Below, one piece after another: positions 26,231 through 38,900 of a stretch of 64,000 nt of DNA; the stretch's first letter is position 1, and the number at the start of each line of letters is the position of its first letter. This DNA comes from Raillietiella orientalis (Eukaryota). The DNA lies in the NCBI GenBank assembly GCA_036172245.1, contig JAYWIR010000004.1:6324001-6388000 (forward strand), read 5' to 3'. Position numbers and translations under genes: made by a program. The notes beneath the pieces are model-generated. The model made no database searches, was not told where the DNA came from, and saw nothing but the letters and a program-made list of their open reading frames with translations.

Positions 26231-26548
26231 TCATTCGAATATCCGTAGATCTTGCACTTCGAGAGTAAATTTAGAAATATCCCTCCACTGCCACTGTGGC
26301 TTTCTAAGTTGATGCCAGGTGGACCACCAAAAAACAGTTATTTTGAGTGCACCATTGAGGGTAGAAAAAGTCCGCCAGGTTTCGAAACTGTTGCACTTAA
26401 AGCAACTCTTCACTCGAAGACTGCTTCGATTGGTGGAACAGACTTTGCTTTCCAAAGATCCAGAACAACAAGCAGGTAATTCTAGGGGTGATTCCACGAC
26501 CAGGTAAATCGATTTCAAGGCGACTGCTCCATGTCCTGCCGTATCCAA
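26231..26548 (-). mobile_element. LINE RT N-terminal remnant
   Basis: ORF 26231..26548 reads TAGHG...IY, GSL...CFK and ETWRTFSTLNGALKI (~NWRPISLLNxxYKI). Confidence 0.55.
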
Positions 26549-27860
26549 AATATGTCCACTTGTTAATCAAATGATACGTAAACTATACATCCTCTTTAAA
26601 ACCAGAAAGTCATTACGGTTCATCCGACACTCTTTAGTGAGTTGATTGAGATCTTGGAATTTGTGCCATAAATGGCAATCCCAGAGCGATAGTTACATAT
26701 GTGTGTATCAATATCTCCGTGACTGACGGCTCACAAATTCAGGCTAGACATAGAATGCTGTCGTATGTTGAGTATGGATAAACACTCATTAACAATGCGT
26801 GACACAGGAAGCAGCGTACCTTTGCACTGAGCAAGTGGATTTCCAAAATGGCATCCGTATCGCCAAAGACAAAGAGCACGCATTTGGTTATAAAGTTCAT
26901 TCAAAGCACTTCATTCAATGCTCGTGCACTCTGCACCAAGCTGAACTACAGAGACCCTAGGATTTTTCCCCACTTTTCCAAAACGAAGCAAGTTTTCCGA
27001 AATAAACAACTGTAGCTTGGGTTTTCATCAAAAATTTGCCCATTGTGGCAGGAAAAAAAAAGGCAAAGTCCTTGTAAAATATGGGCATGATTTGGGAAAT
27101 GTAAGCATGCATTAGTGAAGGGATGCTTGATTTTCCAGAGCATTTGAACTCACGGATGACAGATCTTTTGTCAGATTGTGAGGGACACTGAGCCAATCAG
27201 GATGGTGTCGACATTTCAGGAGTATTGACTTTTGGTTCAAATTAACTGTGCATGTTTTCTTAATAAGAAAGTTACTTGAAACTGGGATGTATAGCATACT
27301 TATTGTTCCAACATTTTCAGGTAAAGTTGACTCATTTTTTTATTTTTCTGATTGCCATCCAGTTCACAGAAATTCCAAAAAAAAAAAACGCTGCAAGCCC
27401 TGAATCCAAACACGATTTCTTTGTAATCTGATGAATGTAATGAAATTTTTTTTTTTTTTCAAGATACTGTTAGATCTGCATTCTTGGCAACCCCTTCTTG
27501 CAAAAACCTCATGGCACACGGTTTCAAGGATATGAAAGAAATTACTTCCTTCCTTCCCAGCATATCCCTTGTCTTACTATTCTCAAATCTTAAAATCATT
27601 AGGAAGACAAATTTTGAAAGGTGGCATTTTTTAGGGGGAAGGTGCTTATCCGAGATGCATTGAGTGTACTTGTGAAGAAAACAAATGGATGTCAGGATCT
27701 CTTCCCAAGGTTTTCGAAGCCTCGAAATAAAACGGTTCACTTCTTCCATTTAGAAATACATTTTGCGCTCTCGTGGAAACAGTACAATTTTTAAAAATAA
27801 GAAGCGTTGTTTATTTCATAGTCTACTCTTATGGCATCGGTATGTAATCATGCATTTTAT

Positions 27861-27917
27861 TCGGTCTCATCTTCAGGACCGAGAATTCTCGGTCTCATCT
27901 TCAGGACCGAGAATTCT
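27861..27917. repeat. Perfect 28-bp tandem duplication forming an 18-bp palindrome at its junction
   Basis: tcggtctcatcttcaggaccgagaattc x2 (27861-27888, 27889-27916). The palindrome gaccgagaattctcggtc is at 27877-27894. Confidence 0.95.
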
Positions 27918-28685
27918 ACGCCAGAAGGTGCACAGTCACATCAAATAAGTTAAAAATATATTCTGTCTGTAGAAAATAAATGGGAGCAGAACAGAGTATG
28001 GAGACAGAATCAGAAGTGCAGATGCATAAACGCTGCAGCAATCTTGTACGAACTCACTCAGTGCATACACGAGGTAGAGCATACATTAGACAAGAATCAG
28101 AATTTGATTTTGGAACAAAGGCAAAGTACATGAAAATAAGTGCCATGGACATTCTGTGCAGAATAAACGGATGTTAGCTGGGAGGGAAAATATATCTACG
28201 TGGTTATCATTTATTTAGAGCTTTCGCATTTGTTTTAACCCTTAAACTGCCTCCTAAAGAGAGTATAGTTTTAATTAATTTTTTATTTCCTCAGACTGAG
28301 AAATTTTTCATGTTGGTTAGGGACTTTATGTCCTTAACCAACATTAGCACAATCCATGATGCACCCACGAAAGCTGCCTATGATCCAACAAAGAGCCATT
28401 AGTTGACTGCAAGCAGCAAGCAATTCGTGGATTCAACCTATACAACTGCCACCTTGCAATGACTGAAGACCATACTTAAAGACACTTCAGATTGGTTCTG
28501 TTATTCAGAAGCAGAAAGCTGGAAATTTAAGGCCGTTGAATTCTGCCAGAACCTTCTAAGCGTTCTCTATTTGAAACACTGACTTATATACCGACAAAGA
28601 ATGACGAAGAAATTCAAAATTGACAAAGTCAAAGAAATTGTTCAATTTCAATGTCAGAAATTGAAGAATTTCTTTGCAAAAATCC

Positions 28686-28710
28686 CTTAACGGAAGACGC
28701 TTCCGTTAAG
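28686..28710. repeat. Perfect 11-bp inverted repeat with a 3-nt loop
   Basis: cttaacggaag-acg-cttccgttaag. Confidence 0.95.
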
Positions 28711-30029
28711 TGATTTTTTCTAAACAACTTTTAATTTCGTCTAGATGGAGACTAAGGTTTCTTTAGAAGAGCTGCAATTCTGCTGCAACATGGATGGCTT
28801 TTGCAGTGTCTCATTCGGTACGTTTATCCATTAGTAGGTGAATGAGAAATAACTGTGAAAGCAACTCATGTTGTAATACGTATCTGCTGTAAAGAGTGTG
28901 AGAACAAGCTCTTAAAAGAGCTCTTGCCGTGGATTCACATTCCATTTGGTGAATTATCCTCTTTGAAAACGGTGAGATCCGATATCACAAAGACAGTCCA
29001 CGATTTTGCTTTTTCAATGCAGCACGAAAAAGATAAAATAGCAGTCTTGGGTGGTTTCCGACGTTTTTTTTCCGGAGTTAAGAATCCTGAAGAGCTAGTT
29101 TTTTTTTTTGACATCGATCGAGAACGGTGTTTTCTGAAATTTTAACAAATTACCCTTTGCAACGACAAGCACTAGAACTTCAACAGATTTATGTTGGAAT
29201 AGATTATACTAATCTGATGTTTCTTTATACAAATACTCCTGCTTGAATAGCTTTCTGAAGGATTTTTCTATTGCTGTTGATGGAAATATACAATTTTATG
29301 CAGATGAGTAATAGCATTTAAGAAACAGTTGATCATTTTACATCTGATAACCGAAGATGATATGTATCTTCATTATGGACAACGGACTGTCTGGAAGTTC
29401 TTGAAACAATTCGACTGTAATTCCAAAAACACGCTTTTGCACGTTCAACAGGATTATTGCTGTTTTTGTTTTGAAAAAATAAATGTCACTCTTAGAATGT
29501 GGTTGGATAGTGAAACCGCTATCAACTCACACTAATAACGCTTCCGTTTCTTTTTTTTTTTTTCAAGATATTTATATGGGAGTTTCAAAGGTAGCAAGAA
29601 TTCTCATTGTCTGCCAAAATAACAAGGAAAGAAAGGATATCAAACGTACAGGGAAATAAATAGCTCTGATGAGCTCATATGAGGAAAGCAAAGAATTTTT
29701 TCTCTTCAAGTAGCCTTGAGACAGGAAAAACGCTTTCCAAAACAAAAACTATCCATTTGCAATTGATGCTTTTTTGTGTCCATTCCAGAGAATAATGATA
29801 TCGACCTTCTTGAAATAAGTTACGCATATTATTGAGAATGAGTTTAAGTAAAGGAGATTTGATGTTTTCGAATTTCATCTGCATTTTTTTTTTTTTTTTT
29901 TTCCCGTGAGACTACGTCTATGAGAGCAGTATTGGCATACAAATGTAAGCTATATTGGCATGTGTGTGAAAACTATTTAAGGATGGGTAGAAGAAGGGTC
30001 CAAACTTCAAATAGCAAATAAATTCTTGC

Positions 30030-30200
30030 TGAAGGCATACAGATATTTCGAATCTCTCCATCACGCTGCAAAGAGTAGAGAACAGTGAAGCAGTTTGCTG
30101 ATCCGTGGGTTCTGTGAAGGAATTGTGCAGGCTATGATTATTTGAGCGGTGTATCGTAGGAACTTTGCAGTAGCCCTGAGTTCTTGAAATAAACCGTGAG
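30030..30200 (+). mobile_element. LINE RT C-terminal fragment
   Basis: EGIQI...KQFADP (~GIxI...QFADD), followed by NFAVA and LEIN (~FxxxSGLxIN). Confidence 0.35.
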
Positions 30201-30899
30201 TTATGGAAATACTCCATTTTCCATGACTCATGGAAAGTGATACGAATCATTTACAAATGAGTCTTTGCTTATCTTCTAAAAGTAGGTACTACGTTTTCAT
30301 CAGCCGCAACGATGTTTTCAGAGATAAGAAGAAAGTAGCTGTTTGTTAGCTCTCAACTCTCACCAAATCTGCTTTGAACAGCACAAAACTTTCTCAGCTG
30401 CGCTCAAAACTCAGTGAATAAGCAGCGGATTTCTTCTTCAGATTTTTCTCAATAATTACATCCGCATACACTTTTTTAAAATTCGGAAGAATAAAGGTTT
30501 TCTTAGTTGTGAAGCAAGCAGACAGGCAGCGGCATCCCAAAATAAAATCGATTCGACATCAACCTTGTTTTCCATAGATGTCCTGAACACTCTTCACGAA
30601 AACATTAGCACGCTTAAGTGTGTCTAACATGCAAATCCCTTCTCATTGACAATTTTTGCACAGACCTCTCTAGTCGAACCAAGAAAATGAAAGCAAAAAA
30701 CAGTTCGTAGGAGCCATCACATGCACGGGAACGGATCAAATTCGAGATTCAGCATGATAAAATGGATCGTGGAAAAACACGCTAACTCTTGAAATGCGGT
30801 ATTTTAGTACAAACGAAACAGTACGAAAGAAACTGAAATCAGGAGGAACGCCGGAAATGTTTTGCTGCTTGAAAGGCGAATAGCAAGCTTCTATAGGAA

Positions 30900-31410
30900 C
30901 CAACTCTTGCGTTAGATGCCAACTGCTCCTCGAAGTTAACGAAAGATTTCTTGTCGAACTGCTATCACATGACCAGTCCTGATTTTCTCATTCCCCCTCA
31001 CATAACTGCTCTCAAGAGCCATTTTGCATAACGGCAATTCTCTCAAATGTCCTCTCCATCTTTCAAAATCCTCCACATGAAATGAACTATCCTGAAATCT
31101 ATGAATCTTCTTTGAATCTCTTCGAAGAATTCTATTGAATGTCTCATTGGAAGATTCAAAGTGCAGAGTTGAAGTTGGATGGGTATTCCTAGACTCCTCT
31201 GTCTCTATAGAAAATGATCAAGCAGTTTTTGCAGCCCCCTCAAAATGAACCTTTTCTGACCCCTTAGCAAAGTAACTGAGGTTTTGATTCCAATAAAGGT
31301 TCTGAGAAAATGTACTGGAGATTCCAAAATATAAAAATAGTTTCCAGAAGTATCATAGAATTAATGAAGCACTTGGAATTTCTAAATCACAATCATGCAT
31401 CCATGAGAAA
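30900..31410 (-). mobile_element. Ty1/copia RNase H remnant with PPT and LTR start
   Basis: TSGNYF (31351-31334), W..SVTL, SEKVHFEGAAKTA (~EAEY.A..AAKEA, 31259-31221), LGIPIQLQLC, FERWRGHL. The PPT GAGGGGGAA (30999-30991) is immediately followed by TG. Confidence 0.6.
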
Positions 31411-31819
31411 GTATGACATGAATGAAGCGCATTAGAAACGAAAAAAGAATGGTATGTCTTTGTATATTGTAAACCGTAGCGCTTTTGTGGAGAGAAGTGG
31501 ACTTTTCCAGACGAGGGAAACCTGTCGACAGACTCGAATGTAACACAGAAATTGGAATAAATGGTATTTGCAGAAATGGAAGCTTTGGAAGCTCCGAAGG
31601 AAAGTGATTTTTGAACTTCGTAGAAGCGGATAGAAGAACCGTTCATTCATCTCTCCTTTCGTTCCATAGAAACGAAAGACAGATTTCCTTTCGTCTTAGA
31701 AAGAGTAGAATTTGAACTCGAACTGGCACGATGTTTTCATGAGCATGTGTCCTTTCCAGATGAGAGTTGAAAAACAACATGCATACCTACTTCTCTTTCT
31801 TGGTAACGTTTATCATATT

Positions 31820-32165
31820 CCTGCGGACATTGTGTCCTCGGTTACTGCAGGCATTAGCAAGGACCCTAAACCAGAAACTACAGCAGGTAGTAAGAGAAAG
31901 ACAGTATGGCACAGCAATGTCCTGCCTACTCTTGGACCACGTGTAGCTTCGGACTTCAGCAACCTAAGGAGAGTTAAAGATATCACTCTACTTGAATTAC
32001 AGAGACTCGGGATGGGGAACGGATAAACTGCCTTGTAGGTTGATTGCGATGAATAAACATGGAAATTTCTAAAGCAAACTCTGACACAAACTTGACCTTG
32101 GTGGCTTCATCAGAATCAGAGAAGATCCGATCAGTAATTCTAGTCAAGGTTAACAGTGATGGCTA
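31820..32165 (+). mobile_element. LINE RT core remnant
   Basis: ALARTLNQKLQQVVRERQYG (31851-31910), SDFSN (~LDFSKA), LQRLGMG, VKVN (32143). Confidence 0.55.
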
Positions 32166-32599
32166 GATCACTCATCCGGATGGTAAATTAGAATGATGCT
32201 TGCTTCGCCTAAAGAGCCTGCTCCTTTGTAAAGCTCCCACACAGAAAACCGCTGTAGCGCAGAGCGGGTGGCATTTGATAACCTTAAGAAAGTGGAAGCT
32301 GTTCCAGACAAAGTGACCAAATTCTACAGCGCGGATTTAGGAAGATACTGGCCCTGTCCGTTGCATGCCTCAAAAGAAAGTCCATGTGCTCCAACTGGAC
32401 CCAATTGAAAATGTACTTCGTCTGAAGCTGCCTCTGAAACTCTGGACGGAAAAAAGAAGACTCAATGATCGGTTGATCTGAAGCGCTTTACTAGAAAGGT
32501 ACACTCCATTTGATTTGTTTTTGGAATACATGTATTTGGGGGAGGCAACAAAGGGCACTTCCTGCTGAATGAACGCATTTTCCATGTGTCACAACTGCC

Positions 32600-32715
32600 G
32601 ATAGAATGAGGGATGAGTATATAATATCCAGTGCTAGAAGAAGAGTAATTATGGCTACCACACTTCGACCTGCTGATTCAGAATATAAGAAAACACTTTC
32701 CAGTTCTTGCATTAC
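32600..32715 (-). mobile_element. LINE post-RT fragment
   Basis: KNWK followed by SAGRSVV...LLALDIIY (~WK..LS.AGR.VL...L.A..IY). Confidence 0.4.
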
Positions 32716-33318
32716 TCTGAAAGAGAAGATCTGGATTTCATCAGTGAGAGTGTTGGCACAGAGAACAGGTCACAGGACAAGAATCTTTGCCACGTGAGCA
32801 TTCTGCCATCTTCAATGAGTTCTCATGAAAATTGCTTTCAGAAAGCGACTCAGAACAGGTCGATCAGTTGCGGTTTGTTCAATGCACATTTTGTTGAATT
32901 CATATCTAATAGTTGACTGTGCATTTGAAATGCTCAGGCAGAAAGTCCTTTATTGCTCCAATACACGCCCACTCGATTTACAGACAGAAGAAAAAAGCGA
33001 AGGTATGACTGTGGCGATTTCCTTAGCACTGCATCTTCCATTATTCTGCAATTTACTAAAAGGAGCGCTTAAAAGTGGTGTACCTTGAGCACCCAGAGTC
33101 CGCTGAATTTATCCATAATGAGATTCACAAAACTGCTTTTTACATGTGCTTCATTGTGTCACTGTACAAGTTGTTTAGCTACATTCTTCATGCATATTTT
33201 TTTTAAAATCATCATGGAAGCAAAAACGTAGTAGTCTTCCTAAGTTCTCGGTATCTTCTTTATTCTTCATATCTTCCTATATTCTTTATATCTTTCTCAG
33301 TGCGCATACGTTGAAAAA

Positions 33319-33378
33319 TACAGCAAACTTCCTTATAAAAGGGAACGTATCCCCCGCGTTATACGGAAGTCTACTGTA
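33319..33378. mobile_element. Tiny Tc1/mariner (pogo/Tigger-type) MITE, 56 bp plus TA TSDs
   Basis: TA-cagcaaacttccttataa ... ttatacggaagtctactg-TA. The TIRs match at 15/18 positions, start CAG, and TA is duplicated at 33319-20 and 33377-78. Confidence 0.65.
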
Positions 33379-35259
33379 CTCTAACGAATATGCTGTAAGA
33401 ATTGTTTGATCTACCAATAGAAGGCAGCCGTTTCAAATGCGAAATTATAATAGATAAAGGAGGTTCTAATGATTTCTTCAGATATTTCTAGCAGACCTAG
33501 ATAATCATTATGATTCGAAATCATGTCATCAACCTAAGAGTCAATACATGTGCGATTTTCCATAACATCTGTGACTTTTGGCTTTCCTTGAAGAACAAAA
33601 ATTTGGGGGACCTCTCTGGAGAAAAACGTCTTTCACTTCAAGCGTTGTTTTAAGCGAGGACCTCAAATTGTATAATCAATGATGATTGAAAAAGCTTTCA
33701 ATTCATTGGGTGTTGATCTTATACCCTGCTCTCAGGAAATCATTTCTCTGTAAGCCTTTTTATCTGTGTTTTTTCTCTATTATTTCGGAAAAGAAACTAC
33801 GGATTGGAGAGGAAAATAAAAAATGCTCATTTTGAGATCTCACAGCATTTCTGTTGTGAATCAATATGCGTCTGATACCACTTATTCAAAGTAACAATAT
33901 TATTTGGTCGATTCTGTTAATAACAGAGTGATAATAGCGTGAATCATCCTTCGTATAAAGCGATTGTAAAAAGAGTTCGGTTGGGTTATGGAGGAGCATT
34001 TGGTTGAGCTTGAGAGCAGAGAATTCTGAGCTTTATTTTGCATCAAAATCCATCCAACAGCGCTTAGAAATACAAATCCTCTCAAACTGCAAAGGAACAT
34101 ATTTTGTTTCCTGAATTACTAATATTGATCGAATGCCTCAGTTCATCTGGGAAACAGAGGAAAAAGGAATGCGAGCGAAGCAGAAAGGTAGGAGCAAACT
34201 TTTGGAGATATTCAGGTGATTCCTGTATATATCCAATCAGTGATGCTATCTTTAAAGCATGTGAAAGGTTCCGAGATATCCATACTGAGAGCTGAAGTAT
34301 CTACCTTACTCCTAGCACCGTTGTTTTTTTTGTTTTTTTGGAATTTCCTGTGCAAAGTAGCCCCTACTTTTCTCCTTTGGAAATGCGAAGGTGCCAAAAC
34401 TTCTGGATAGCCAAGCTTTTGGATACTGCGGGACGGGCTAGGAGAGCGTTTCGACAGTGGTTGCTGGTAAAAGGGTAAATGAGATTGCGTTTGCTCTCCT
34501 CACGCGTCTTAACCCGACCATCAACCTTAGTCAAAAAAAACCGTGTCACGGTAACGAGGATGCAGGTATTTGCAAACTGTTCGAGGGAGAATTGGGACTT
34601 TGTCTTTGGACAATCATTTTTCGGTCAACATGCTGACGCTAGTATCACAGCTACACCAGGCAACGTTTGGTGTTTTGTCCTGAAGATTCCAGCGTGTATT
34701 CGAGACCAGTTTGTCCTCTTTGACACGGTCACGTTCTTTTGGAGTTCCCTGTTTGCACTTAACTGCAGTTAGTGGTCTTGTTCTTGAACGTCCAAAGTGT
34801 TTTCATGGAGCCTCTCAGCTGTTTAGCTCTCAGAAAACTTTCCATTCTTCAATAACTTCATCGACGAATAATTGCGTTTGTCTCTGTGGGTGTTTGCAGC
34901 GCCTGTGTTGAAGTACATTCTAATCACCAAGTACACTTTCTTCATGTTTGCGGTATTCTCATCATGTTCACATTTGCTGTGCTTTTTTAATGGGAATTTG
35001 AAAACCTTTCTAGCGCTGAATGTGCCTTCTTATGCGAGTAGCCGTCACCTTAACTTCATTTCCGCCAGTATTTAGTTCTCCGTACCCCCTCAGGAAACTT
35101 AAGGCTTCCTTGGGTGTAGATGTCTCACGTAGAGTTGGGTGAGCTCTCAAATCTTTTCTCGTGAATAATCCGGGACTTCGGCGGCTTCAGTCTGTATACT
35201 CGCTTAGCTGGCATCTCCTCTCTTCCGAGAGGATCTCTCTAGGAGAGTTTTCCGTACGC

Positions 35260-35940
35260 AACCAGCTCCGAGAACTTTGTAGTGAAAGATAACCAGTGAA
35301 AAGAGGACAACAACACAAAACCCTCGTTCCCGCTGACTAGGAGACACAGGTGACTTCCCAGGATCCAACTCGCAAATGAGCATCCTCAACTTTTGAAGAA
35401 TGAAACATTTGTTGCCAAGTGAGCATGATCTTATGCGATGGTTTTTATCAGAGAGAGAGCTCGAATAGGATGCTGTGGAGGTCTACCAATTAGACCGCAT
35501 TCGTTTGGTATTGACAAACCAACGTATTCTTTCCCAAGCAGATGGAAGCAGGTTGGCTTTAAGGGAGGATGGAGCTGCTTCTGATTAGAAGAGAGGAAGA
35601 TATGACGAGCTGGATTTGAATCCATATCTAGGATCAAAGTAGTACGGAGAGATAAACAGTGAGACCCATGTCTGGAGAAGGCGAGATTGAAACACTCCAC
35701 GACACCACGTCCCTCTCCTTTAACGAACCCCGACTTGTGCCATCTGTGGGCTCAAAGCTTTCTGACCAGGGAGATTCCCACCGAAACCAAGCTGAAACGA
35801 TTCCACTCCATCTTCGTCTCTCCTTTGTTCAAACTGAACAAACGCTTGCCATGTTAGGGGTCCAATCCCTGTTCATCCCTTTGCAAGGCGATACTCCTAC
35901 TGGATGTGTCGTGCCAAAGAAGCGTGTCTTTACTTCCAGA
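35260..35940 (-). mobile_element. LINE C-terminal/3' fragment
   Basis: GSKDTLLWHD (~GxGxxTxFWxD, ~35910-35938), RHIFLS (~HIFxxC) in ORF 35431..35700, then a T-rich UTR-like tract near 35295-35325. Confidence 0.35.
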
Positions 35941-38900
35941 CTGCGTGCACAGGCTTTCTGTGTACAACCTATGTTTATTTTAACTTTGATTTCTGCTCAA
36001 TTTATTTTTGAAGGACCAGAATTCACTCTTAGAAAGTCCTCATCATTCGCGACGGAACTGATCATCAAGTTGAGTCCAGGCCGGGCTCTGGAATGTGTTC
36101 TGCAAATGATACTTGGAAAGCGACTTGTCGTCATGAAACTCCGTGGAAACTCCGGAGGCTTCCGAGCAAAGTTCGTGATTCGCAAGACTTCTCAGAACTG
36201 GTTCCCAAAATTGCTTCCTAAGCTCACATGAATAACCTCAACGATGTTATAAAGATGCAATCACGACCAAGAACATCTAAAGGAGCACGGAATGTGTGCT
36301 TGATTAGCTTCTCATTCTTTGTCTATTTATCTTGCGTTCTCGGTCTTCGAATCTACTGAAACTGTCCCAGCGTCAGTGTGAATAAATTGACGGATCATGG
36401 AACATTTTGAGAATGATACCGTGAGAATAAAAGCAAGTCAGTCGAATCTCGAAAGTTTATCTTTAAAATTATCCGATTCATCTATCTCGATGTTTCCATT
36501 TCCAAATTATATATTAACTTTTACAAATATCATTTTTTGTTTTTCATAAACGAGTATGGGAAAACTGACAGCGTCCTTTTTGCCTCAAAAATGATGGTCA
36601 ATTATGATGGGCAGCTCCATGCAGACTGGCATTGGGTCAACAACTTGAACTATTGTCCGTTTTGTTTAAAGCTTCTCAAAACCCGGTCAGAAGGTGGCAA
36701 CTCTAACCTTTTACAAGTTCACTCTTGAACATTTTGCCGCAAAGATGAGATGTTAATACCCACATTGTTTTCATTAAAGCTACTTCTCCTGAGCTCGTCG
36801 CTAAACTTCTATAAACCAATAGCTCACTGCTCCCTAATTAACTCTTCGAAATGACTACAAGGCGCATTTTCTTGGAGCGCCTTTCCGGAACGAATGCATG
36901 GTTTTCAGATCTTGCAACTTCCAGTTCTTTCGATATAGATTCAACATATTCTTTGATTCCCAGTGATTTACACTCCTGCTTGGGTATTAAATCAAATCAC
37001 CGCTTGTTTGAAAAAAATCCCTTTTTAAGAGAAACCACGGTCTGACGTGATTTCTACAGCCACTGCATGGTGCTTTGTTGAAGAAGCAAATATTTAAGGA
37101 AATCAGATAGTTCATTTGCATAGCAGACATAAAAGTTGTTGTAAACTCAATGGATTTGCATCCTTGAAATCGTAAAGCCGAGATTTCAGCGATCAGTCTT
37201 TATGGTTTGTGGGTTTTGGTTTTCCTAAAGATGAGGAATGGACCTCGGAGCGAAGCTTCTTTGATTCACTTGCAACAGCGATGGGGCATCGCAGGCTTCA
37301 CTCTGCAGACTCTATTTTCTTGACCATACATAAAGTTTCGGGTAGGAGCACGCCGTTTCTTTTGTCCTTGCGATACATGGAGCAGCTTATTTCTTTTGAA
37401 TCTTTTGATAATATTCAACGTTACAGAAGGCTTTCCATGAGGAATCGCAGGAGAGTCACTGAATTCGGGCTGATATAAAATTGGACCACTGCTGTGATGT
37501 GATTCGAAATGTGGTGTGCAAACACTACATCTAAATATTCACTGCCGTGGCACGGATTGTTTTGATCATGGCTGGCGGTCCGGTTAACCGTAATCTAAAT
37601 CAGATCACTCAAAAAAATGCATCTTCCTTTCTTATCCTCCCTCACGAAATGAACCTGGAATTATTATTCCTACAGGTAGGCGATTGGTCTGTGTCTACTT
37701 TAGATCGTGCATGTTCGTAGTCTATCAAACATGTTAAACTGACCAGTGTATATTGCTCATTAAATTTTACCATAATTATGAAAGAGCCATTTTCTAAAAC
37801 TTGGCAGATACAAGATGCAATGGCGGGTTTGTGTTGGCAGAATTGTAGGAATCTCAAAACTATGAAACTGAGGGATAGGAGAAAATGAAATCTTCCCCAG
37901 GGCTTTTTTTTTTTTTTTGAAAATAAATGGAGTCATAAAAGATTTCTACGAGCATTTCACCTCTAAAAGCGAAAAACAAACCGGAATTTTAACAGCATGA
38001 GCTTTCATAATTGTCTTCCATTGAAAATGGAAAACTTCATTCGGCACACTCTCGAGATTATTTATCATACAAGCAAGAGGCTACTTTTCAAGTTAAAAAT
38101 ATTTATGAATAAGAAGAATCTGGAAGAGTATCCTATAAGTTGGATTTAGGTTCTTCATTTTCCATTCATTAAATGAACAATACTGCATAATTATCGATAA
38201 CTGCCTGAATATTTGAAATATTTCAATTTGGATTTTCACATACTAGCATGAGCATGTGGTGTGCTGCCTTTCAATGGGTGAACATTGAGAAATTGTGATG
38301 CATCTTGCAGATCTGCCATATTTACAGCTGGAGATTCCGTTGTTGGGTGTTTAATCGATCCTTTAGGAAGAATATTCTAAGGAATCTTTCATAAGATCAG
38401 CATATCGACTTTGGAAAGTTAAGTACAAGTATACACAACACGTGGCAATCCACACAACTATCTAGATCTACCCTTCTCCTCAAAAAAAAAAAGAACACGA
38501 TAAAGGTACTAATCTCTCAAAAATGTATGTCAATAACTACATGAATATACTCAGGAGGTTTGTATAAATTTCCAGATGCACGCGATATGATGTTCAAGAT
38601 CACACACATACAGCTGCATATCTGTCAAGATCAAAAATGAGTTTGTCAATTAGTGAAACGATAAAATATCTAGATAAGGGTAAAAATCAGTTACTTTTAC
38701 CATTTACAGGAAGTTTGTCACGTCTGGTACTGAGATTTCCCGGGCATATTAGCCAATGATAACTCCCCTTCGGTTCCATAGTAAACCACCATCGGAAATC
38801 GTTCACCCTTCTCAGAGTTTGATTCGGACATAACAGCTTGGCTTCTCAGAGGCCAAGCTGTTATGCCACTCCAGTGCAGAAAAGCGCTGATGGAGCGGGA

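Noticed and set aside
26252..26480. Possible plus-strand exon ending at CAG/GTAATT
   Set aside because: There are no partner exons or recognisable protein, and it is better explained as the antisense of the LINE RT remnant.
27861..27917. CRISPR-like palindromic repeat
   Set aside because: Only two directly abutting copies, no spacers, no cas genes, and a eukaryotic context.
29885..29902. Long poly-T/A runs (here and near 10576, 20861, 37904, 50554, 55397) as functional terminators
   Set aside because: They are common homopolymers or decayed retrotransposon tails, with no associated gene or TSD identified.
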